Origin: an uncultured Verrucomicrobiae bacterium
Lineage (GTDB): Bacteria > Verrucomicrobiota > Verrucomicrobiia > Limisphaerales > Palsa-1400
DNA length: 64,000 nucleotides
Direction: 5' to 3'
Assembly: GCA_963707025.1 (NCBI GenBank)
Contig: CAVPOM010000012.1
Location: 192,001 to 256,000, forward strand
A program made the position numbers and the translations under genes. The notes beneath the pieces are model-generated. The model was not told where the DNA came from, ran no database searches, and saw nothing but the letters and a program-made list of their open reading frames with translations. The number at the start of each line of letters is the position of its first letter. Position 1 is the stretch's first letter. Below, piece after piece: positions 56,856 to 64,000 of the stretch.

Positions 56856-58193
56856 TTACCGGCCGCGCCGGCCTCCGCCTCCCCCTCTGCCGCCGCCCCC
56901 GCCCATCCCCCCCCCGCCCTGATCCGGCGGCGCTGCCGCTCTGGCGGGGGCTACCGGCGCCGCGGGCACCAAGTCGTTCATGGCGAGGGTGAGGTTGGTT
57001 TGGATGTTGGGGTAGGTCTCGGTGATCGTGCCGGTCATTTTGGACATTCTTTTGACCGCGGCGATCTCCAGCAGCGTCGGCTCCTTGCCATTGTTCATCG
57101 TCTTCATTTGCTCCTTGATTTGGGCGTCGTCCATGGCCGCCGGGCCGGATTTGCCATCCATCACCACCTGGGTTTGGGCGATGAGAAAGGAACTGCGGTT
57201 GACCCAGACCAGCACATTCTGCAGTTTGACCGTTCCGGCCAGCACATAACAAAATTTGCCGTCCAGTTTCTCGTCCGTATTGCGCGTCCATTCCAGACCG
57301 GCTTTGCCCAAGCCCTCGCCCGTCTCCCCGATAAAAAGATCAACTATGTCGCCCACCCCCACGTTGACCCCGCCGTTAAAGCTGCTGAACAGGGCGTTGT
57401 GGGATGGCATCCGGGTGCGGCGATTGTTGCCCTGGAGAAAATCCCCGTTGCCAGTGAACCAGCCGGTCACGGTGATGTTGCTCGCTCCCACCGGGATGGC
57501 ATAATCAATGCGAAAACTGGACGGCTTGCTCATCTTCAGCGTCAGGTCGGCGGTGACGGTTTGCGGGCCGGCCGCGGCCAGGGCCGGACTGATCGCCGAC
57601 ATGTCCAGGACGGCGATGGTTTTGCCAGTGGAACTGAAACTGGGAATCTCCTTGTACACCCCGGCCACCTTTTCCATAATCTCCGAAGCGGTCAGTTCCG
57701 GCGGCGCCGGCGGCGGCGGAGGAGGCTGGTTGGCGGCGGCGATTTCGGCGGCGGACGGACCGCGCCAGGATTTCCATTTGGCCTTCAGCCAGTCCCGGTT
57801 TAAAAAAGCCGACACCCCAATCAGCGCGACCGCGGCCAGGGCGAAGATCAGGCCGGAGTAGGATTTCTTGGGTTTGCGCGCCAGGTGCGCCTGAAAAAGG
57901 GCCGAGCCTTGCTGGTCCGGCTCGACCACAGAGGCGGGGGCGTGCCCCGGCTGGGAACCCAAGGCGGAGACGGACAGTCTGGCCACCTTGGGCGGGGCGG
58001 GAGGCGGGGGCATGCCCGGAGGGGTGGCAATGGCGATGCTGGATCGGACCGGCTCGGCCGGCGGGGCGGACGGGTTGGCGGGAACCACAATCGGCGCCTG
58101 GCAGGCCGGACAGTTAATCTGGTGGCCGACGTAATCGTCGTTGGCCGACATACGCTGTCCGCAAGCCGGACAGGCAAACTTAAAATCGCTCAT
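56856..58193 (-). CDS. Zinc-ribbon, single-TM membrane protein with a LolA-like periplasmic domain
   Basis: CPACGQ..CPAC, Pro-rich linker, TM helix, beta-rich C-terminal domain. Confidence 0.75.
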   Translation of the reverse strand: MSDFKFACPACGQRMSANDDYVGHQINCPACQAPIVVPANPSAPPAEPVRSSIAIATPPGMPPPPAPPKVARLSVSALGSQPGHAPASVVEPDQQGSALFQAHLARKPKKSYSGLIFALAAVALIGVSAFLNRDWLKAKWKSWRGPSAAEIAAANQPPPPPPAPPELTASEIMEKVAGVYKEIPSFSSTGKTIAVLDMSAISPALAAAGPQTVTADLTLKMSKPSSFRIDYAIPVGASNITVTGWFTGNGDFLQGNNRRTRMPSHNALFSSFNGGVNVGVGDIVDLFIGETGEGLGKAGLEWTRNTDEKLDGKFCYVLAGTVKLQNVLVWVNRSSFLIAQTQVVMDGKSGPAAMDDAQIKEQMKTMNNGKEPTLLEIAAVKRMSKMTGTITETYPNIQTNLTLAMNDLVPAAPVAPARAAAPPDQGGGGMGGGGGRGGGGGRRGR

Positions 58194-58645
58194 AGTTCAA
58201 GCCACCACCATGAGACCTGGGCCGCAATCGGTTCACCCCCTTCTCTCATGGAGAATGGTGGATAGTCAGGAAACTCCCTTTCGCGCAGAATTGCAAGGCT
58301 GCTTTCAATCCATCCTTGAGCCTGTTGTGTTTTGGCCGATGGGCAGGGCTTAAACGCCTGCGTCACACTCGCTCCTCCAAGCCAGCAACCGGGCCTGTCA
58401 TCCTGTGACGTTTCGGTTACGAAAACCCGATAATTTCCACCGCAAAAGCCGCGCCGCAAAAGGCCGGCCGATGCCAAGGGAAATCCGCCGTTTAACCGGT
58501 TTCGCCCCGCGTTTTTAGCTGTTCAAGAATCGGAAGCAGAAGTCTGAAATGCGCAGGTTTAGTCTGCCCGTCTGGTTGATAATAACAAGCCAGCGGGTGC
58601 AATTGAGCAGGCACCAGAGAAGAGACTAGAAACCTTAGCTTGGTT

Positions 58646-59362
58646 ATGAACGAGAGACGCCTCATGGTTCGTCTGGGTATTGTTGTTGCGGTGGCCGCTC
58701 TTGCCCAATCTGCTTCCGCCGCCATTCAGGAGGAGTTCGTGGCGGATTACGGCTCTTCCTGCTCGCCCTTGGCTCTTGGCTCCACTGAGACCTTGAGTCT
58801 TAACCGGTTTGACACCTCCCTGGGGTCTCTTACTGGAGTGACCATCAGGTTGTATTCTTACGACACGATCTCGTCGGTGGTTTTCAACGCCACAGGAAGA
58901 CGCGCGGCCTATTCAGGGGCTACTGCGACGGTGCCGGTGACGGTCACAGCCTCGGATGCTTTGGATGCCTTGAATGGTTTGGTCACCACCGCAACAGGCA
59001 CGGCAGGACCTTTTGCGGGCATTTCGACAGGCTCTCGCTCTGACCTAAGCGTTGCGGGCCGCAAGACTATCCCGGTTCAAATCGCCAGCATCAGCCCGGG
59101 GTCTTTTCCCTACGAAGGTGAAGGCGCGGGCAGATTCACATTTACCGTGACGGTTGCCGACTCGATCGGATCGTATTCTGGAAGCGGCGGGTCCTCCCTC
59201 TTCTTCGGAGGCGATGGGTATTCGTATGGGATGGTCGTAATTGATTATAGTTACGTCTCCGCTGTTCCCGAACCCGGCACGCTCTGCGCGGGTCTGGCCG
59301 TGGCAGGCATCGGTGGAATTGCAGTGGCGCGGCGGTTGCGGAGAATCTCTTCGCGCGCCTAA
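58646..59362 (+). CDS. PEP-CTERM protein (choice-of-anchor E-like)
   Basis: Signal peptide, FDTSLGSLTGV, C-terminal VPEPGTL..RRLRR. Confidence 0.88.
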   Translation: MNERRLMVRLGIVVAVAALAQSASAAIQEEFVADYGSSCSPLALGSTETLSLNRFDTSLGSLTGVTIRLYSYDTISSVVFNATGRRAAYSGATATVPVTVTASDALDALNGLVTTATGTAGPFAGISTGSRSDLSVAGRKTIPVQIASISPGSFPYEGEGAGRFTFTVTVADSIGSYSGSGGSSLFFGGDGYSYGMVVIDYSYVSAVPEPGTLCAGLAVAGIGGIAVARRLRRISSRA

Positions 59363-59800
59363 GAGCCAGCCCTGAGTTTATCCGCTCGCCGGACCGGTGT
59401 TGCCTCGCCCTGCAACGCCTCCACGATGCCGGTGGCCGGCGCCTCGTTGGCTTCCTTGATCTCCTCGGCCAGCGGGCGGTTGACCACGCAGCGATGTTCA
59501 ATCTGGTTGGCGCAGCGGGCGGCGAATCCATCCAATTCCCGGGTGATGGCCCGGATGCTGGTGACCATGAAGTTGTAACTGAACATGGCCGGAATGGCCA
59601 CCAGCAACCCGATGACCGTGCAGATCAAAGCGCCCGCCACCGGATTGTTTTTCAAGTGGTAATCCAGTTCATCGGCCCCGGGAATGCAGAGCTGGCAAGC
59701 CGGCACGCCGGGGAACTCCTCCTCCCGCCGTTTGATGTCCAGCGGATCCCGCGTGGCGGCATAGGCGGCCAGGAATTTCCTGGTCCATTTCCGCGCGATG
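59359..59800 (-). pseudogene. MotA/TolQ/ExbB-family remnant with an internal deletion
   Basis: AGALICTVIGLLVAIPAMFSYN is present; the first TM and the P..GL.GTV segment are missing; no credible start. Confidence 0.7.
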
Positions 59801-59938
59801 GCGGCGCGCCACCCGGACACGGGAAGAAGTTGGAGGCACAAATGGATTGTTGCACAATTGTCACATAATTTCCTTTGAGCTGACGCCAAAAGCGGGTATG
59901 ACAAGGCCTGCAAAAATGCCTTTTAAAGCCAACCCATC

Positions 59939-61447
59939 ATGAATTTATTATACAAATTAGCGGGAATTATGGCTGGGACGGCGGCGTGTCTGGCGCTGGC
60001 CGTCACCGCCACAGCTCAGGTTTCCGCGGACGCCCTGCTGGACAAGTTGGTGGCCAAGGGCCTTCTGACGCAGAAGGAGGCGGAGGAACTCAAGAATGAG
60101 ACTGCGACCAACAACCCGGAGGGTCTGAAGCTGCAGATGAGCAAGGCCATCAAAAGCATGGAGTTGTTCGGCGACCTGCGGATGCGCTACGAATACCGCG
60201 GCGCCCAACTCGGGCCGGAAGCCGGGAATAATGTCTATGATACGGCCAATCGCTGGCGCTACGCGTTGCGCGCCGGGGTCCGCGGTGACTTGGCCGATGA
60301 TTTTTATTACGGTTTGAGACTTGAGACTTCGCAAAACGAGCGGTCAACGTGGAATACTTTTGGGAGCGTCGGAACCTCTCCCTACAATGGCCCCTTCAGC
60401 AAAAGCAGTTACAGCCTCTATATCGGGGAGGCATATTTGGGATGGCGGCCGACTTCGTGGCTGGACGTTTCGATCGGCAGGGTGCCCCAGCCACTCTATA
60501 CCACGCCGATGATGTGGGATTCGGACTACACCCCGGAAGGGTTGGTGGAGAAGTTTAAATACACGCGCGGCCCGGTGGATTATTTCGCGACGCTGGGGCA
60601 ATATGTGTACCAGGACACCACACCGGGAAGTGATTATGCGGCGCAGGGAGGTTCCATTGCGGGACTCGAATTGGCGCAGTTCTCCGACAATAATGCCTAC
60701 CTGCTGGCCTGGCAGGTGGGGGCGGTTTATCACGTTGATACCAACTTATCGGTCAAGGTGGCGCCCGTTTTCTACAGTTATGTGGGCCATGGGAACGGCA
60801 ATGCGGGATATTACGGCGCGTTTGTGGGGCAGGGACAAAGCGGATTCACGTTCTACCCGGGGACCCCCACGACCGGTGTCCCGGGAGCGTTCGGCAACGT
60901 CAGCAGCTACAACCAGACTGGCATCAACAATCTGTCCATCATCGAATTGCCCATGGAGGTGAACTTCAAGCTTGGGTCGCTGGATGCCAGGGCGTTTGGC
61001 GATTTCAGCATCAATTTGGAGGGCGATGACCGTGCCCGCGCGGCGTACAATACCGCCCCGGGAGCTTTCCCCGGTGGCGTGCAACTCAACCAGGACCAAG
61101 CCATGCAATTTGGCCTGGCCGTCGGAAACAATCTGGATTTGGTCTATGCCGCCATTCCGAGAAAGGGGACCTGGGAGGCGAGGGCTTATTGGCAGCATGT
61201 CGAACAATACGCGCTGGACCCCAACCTGCTGGATTCAGACTTTTTTGAAGGCCGCGGCAATCTGCAAGGATTTTACACGGCGTTTGCTTACAGCTTCACC
61301 GACGCCTTGATCGGCACTCTCCGCTACGGTTGGGCCGAGCGCATTGACAACCAACTGGGCACGGGCGGTTTCAACGCTGATTTGCCTCTGCCCAATCCGG
61401 TCAACAAGTTCCAGATCATTCAAGTGGACGCTACCTGGAAATTCTAA
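59939..61447 (+). CDS. Putative outer-membrane porin
   Basis: Signal peptide, ALLDKLVAKGLLT, FGDLRMRYE, terminal ATWKF. Confidence 0.85.
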   Translation: MNLLYKLAGIMAGTAACLALAVTATAQVSADALLDKLVAKGLLTQKEAEELKNETATNNPEGLKLQMSKAIKSMELFGDLRMRYEYRGAQLGPEAGNNVYDTANRWRYALRAGVRGDLADDFYYGLRLETSQNERSTWNTFGSVGTSPYNGPFSKSSYSLYIGEAYLGWRPTSWLDVSIGRVPQPLYTTPMMWDSDYTPEGLVEKFKYTRGPVDYFATLGQYVYQDTTPGSDYAAQGGSIAGLELAQFSDNNAYLLAWQVGAVYHVDTNLSVKVAPVFYSYVGHGNGNAGYYGAFVGQGQSGFTFYPGTPTTGVPGAFGNVSSYNQTGINNLSIIELPMEVNFKLGSLDARAFGDFSINLEGDDRARAAYNTAPGAFPGGVQLNQDQAMQFGLAVGNNLDLVYAAIPRKGTWEARAYWQHVEQYALDPNLLDSDFFEGRGNLQGFYTAFAYSFTDALIGTLRYGWAERIDNQLGTGGFNADLPLPNPVNKFQIIQVDATWKF

Positions 61448-61464
61448 TCATGATGCCGGGCAAA

Positions 61465-63999
61465 TTACTCCGGCAGGAGCACGGTCACTCGGCCCACGTA
61501 CTCCATCAATTGTGGCTTCTTCTTTTTCTTCAGGTCATTGTCGTCCGTATTGTCATTGGCGGCCAAGTCCGAATTGGACTGGGTTGAGGTGGCGACTTGC
61601 TGCGTCGTCGCCGCCGCTGCGCCAGAATTGCTGCCGGTTGGGGCGGCGGCGACCGCGGCTCCAGAGACGGCCCCGGCGGTGCTGACACCACCGCCTCCAA
61701 AGGCTGCGGCGACGTCCGCCGCCCCGCTCACATTCACGCTTCCCACCCCGACAACGGTTCCGCTGACCGTCCCACCGGCGCTTACGGAGGCCGCCCCTTG
61801 GGACAAAACGGTCGCGTTGACATTTTGCAGGGCGCTGACATTCGCGCCCACGCTGGCCACCACCAAGCCATTGATATTGCCGGTGGCCGTGATATTGACC
61901 TGCGCGCCAACCACCCCGGACCCGGATGCGTCCACGCTGCCGACATAAGCGACCGACCCGTCGGGGTATTTGCTGCCGGCGCTCAAGTTTATGGTGGCGT
62001 TGTTATCGGCCGCCGAACCCAAGGCAAGTTGAGAAATGCCTCCCTGGCTTGCCACAATGTCGCCCCTGGGCGTCTCTACCGTGATATTCCCGACTTGCGA
62101 CGAAGTCTCGCCATAGACCAATTGAGGAAAACTGGTGGCCAAAATGCCGCTGCCCGGAATGACCTCGGTGAGGTCCGCCACCTGCCCCTGTTTATTCAAG
62201 TAGGGCTTGGTAACTTCCACAATCCCGCTGCCGCCGGTGCCGGCATTCACATTGCCTTGCAGCGACTCCACGAAGATGTTGCCGCCATCATAGGCGGCGA
62301 TGCGCGAGCCATCCACATTCACGTTCCCCTCCGCCACCACGCTGATGTTTCCCTGCCACACCGTGACGATGCCCACATAGCCGGAGGCCGGAACCAGTGA
62401 CGAGCCCAGGGTGATCGTCCCCCCGCAATTCACATTAATGTTCCCTCCGTATTCGGAACTGATGGTTGACGAAAGCATCGTGAGGTCTCCGCTCACGGAC
62501 AGGTCAATGTTCGCTCCGCGAGCGGTATAAGGTTCCAGCGCCGGTTCATTGTTCAATCCCTGCGAAATCACCCCGGTGCTGTTTCCCAGATCCACGGACG
62601 CTGCATTTATCCGCAACGTTCCCGGCCCGGCGATGAAATACCCGGGCAGGGCATGTGTGGCATCAAGCTGGCTTTGGGCGTAGATCAGTTGGACGGAGGT
62701 CGCGTCCAGAAAAGGAGTCCGCATGGAGAGCAAGGCCTGTTCGACCGCATGGGGCATGACCCCCCGATACTCCACGCTGCCAGCAGAGGGACTGTAGGTG
62801 AATGAGTTCTCCACGTTCTCGAGAACAGGATTCAGGTTGGGATTTGGAATGGTCGGAACGCCAAAGGCAGTCGGCACTGGCAGAAGCGTGATGGCGCTGA
62901 GATAGGGATCTGCAACCTGGTCCAGAGCACTGAAATCAGGCGCCTCTCCGGAAGGCAGCGAGACAATGACGTAGTCGCTATGATTGAGAATTTCTCCGCC
63001 GGCAGAGAGGATGGTGGTGTCAGAGGGATGGAGATTCTGAATGGACGCGCTACAGTCAATAATGTTGTCCGTCACGTACATTTCCACCGCTTTCGGGGAG
63101 GAGATGGCAATGTCGGACACCGAGCCGCTGATAGTGATCTGCGCCGGGTTCGGATCGTTCAAGTGCAGCAGCAGGTTGGGGTTATAGTCAATGGGGGTGA
63201 AGGATAGCGTGCTTTGCCATTGAAACGACGAGCTGTCGGAGAGATTGATGGTTATCGGGATTCCGGCTGTGCCGCTGCTGAGGTTGCCGCCGCCGGTGGT
63301 GGTCAGGTTGAACGTTCCTTCCGGAGAAGGGAACAGATTAATGTCGGTGTCGAGTTTAATGCCGCCAGCCCCCGCGTTGATCGTCAAAACAGGCGGGAAA
63401 ATCAGACCTTCGCTGGTATTGTCACCGCTGATGCGGGGCAGAGACTGGCCGGTGATGGTGACGCCATTGCCGGCATTCAAAACCACCGAGGCCAGAGGGT
63501 CGTAATCGAACAGGAACTGGTCGGGGGTGGGACTGTTTCTGAAGGTTACAGAATTGTTGAACATTCCGTTCGGGTTGCGCACCTCCTGCAAAACAATGTT
63601 GTCCGCCGCGTTGACCACCCAGCCGCCTTTGATCAGGCTCAGGGCAAGCGGTTGGCTTGTGTCGCCCGCATTGGCGGCTGTGATGGTGCCGGTGCCATTG
63701 GCCACAACATAATGTCCGGTCACATCGCCACCCGCTGTCAGGGTCACATTGCCCGGAGCAGCCCCGAAAGCACCGGAGCCGGAATCTTCCTGGGTCGCAG
63801 AGCTGGTTGTCGGCAGCGCGGCCGTAATGCCGCCTCCCGCCTGAATGGTGACATTGCCGCCGCCGGCCGTGCTGATGCCGCCCAGATAAGGGTCCACGGT
63901 ATAACCCGCGCCGCTGCTTGAAAACAGATAACCTGCCGGGCTGGCACCGCAATTCACGTTTCCGGCCAGCGCTTGAACACTGACATTGCCGCCTCCACT
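61465..63999 (-). CDS. Filamentous-haemagglutinin/TpsA-family protein, C-terminal part (start outside window)
   Basis: Gly/Asn-rich beta-helix repeats (GGNVTIQAGG, GNITVETPRGDI); frame open to the window edge. Confidence 0.8.
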   Translation of the reverse strand, partial: SGGGNVSVQALAGNVNCGASPAGYLFSSSGAGYTVDPYLGGISTAGGGNVTIQAGGGITAALPTTSSATQEDSGSGAFGAAPGNVTLTAGGDVTGHYVVANGTGTITAANAGDTSQPLALSLIKGGWVVNAADNIVLQEVRNPNGMFNNSVTFRNSPTPDQFLFDYDPLASVVLNAGNGVTITGQSLPRISGDNTSEGLIFPPVLTINAGAGGIKLDTDINLFPSPEGTFNLTTTGGGNLSSGTAGIPITINLSDSSSFQWQSTLSFTPIDYNPNLLLHLNDPNPAQITISGSVSDIAISSPKAVEMYVTDNIIDCSASIQNLHPSDTTILSAGGEILNHSDYVIVSLPSGEAPDFSALDQVADPYLSAITLLPVPTAFGVPTIPNPNLNPVLENVENSFTYSPSAGSVEYRGVMPHAVEQALLSMRTPFLDATSVQLIYAQSQLDATHALPGYFIAGPGTLRINAASVDLGNSTGVISQGLNNEPALEPYTARGANIDLSVSGDLTMLSSTISSEYGGNINVNCGGTITLGSSLVPASGYVGIVTVWQGNISVVAEGNVNVDGSRIAAYDGGNIFVESLQGNVNAGTGGSGIVEVTKPYLNKQGQVADLTEVIPGSGILATSFPQLVYGETSSQVGNITVETPRGDIVASQGGISQLALGSAADNNATINLSAGSKYPDGSVAYVGSVDASGSGVVGAQVNITATGNINGLVVASVGANVSALQNVNATVLSQGAASVSAGGTVSGTVVGVGSVNVSGAADVAAAFGGGGVSTAGAVSGAAVAAAPTGSNSGAAAATTQQVATSTQSNSDLAANDNTDDNDLKKKKKPQLMEYVGRVTVLLPE

Positions 64000-64000
64000 G

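Noticed and set aside
43523..56922. Long antisense ORFs (e.g. 43523-45538, 54859-56922)
   Set aside because: Shadow frames of recQ and pheT, expected in high-GC DNA

Overview
GC-rich bacterial chromosome segment. PEP-CTERM proteins, heptamer intergenic repeats and protein style suggest Verrucomicrobiota (inference). The right part (43.6-64 kb) is mostly ordinary housekeeping and envelope genes: recQ, a GH2 hydrolase, rpsP-khpA-trmD-rplS, gluQ, pheT, a porin and a TpsA-like protein. The left part holds three mobile elements whose ends can be read from the sequence. (1) A Mu-like transposable element at 3576-29628 has a 5-bp target duplication (GGTTT) and is about 14.5 kb once a nested insert is removed. 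It encodes a repressor/Ner switch, a DDE transposase and a MuB-like ATPase, but no recognisable capsid, terminase or portal. It also carries a scaffold-like protein, a stand-alone transposase-type DNA-binding protein, a tape-measure-like protein and a beta-helix protein, which makes it a candidate transposable phage satellite. (2) An 11.5-kb tyrosine-integrase island (17433-28983) is nested in element 1. It carries a tRNA-Cys-like 3' att, splits a gene of element 1 in frame, and holds a giant repeat adhesin between two covarying structured ~265-bp repeats. (3) A 7.6-kb integrative element (34982-42598) has an HUH rolling-circle Rep and a tRNA-Phe 5'-half att. All family assignments come from reading motifs by eye, not from database searches.
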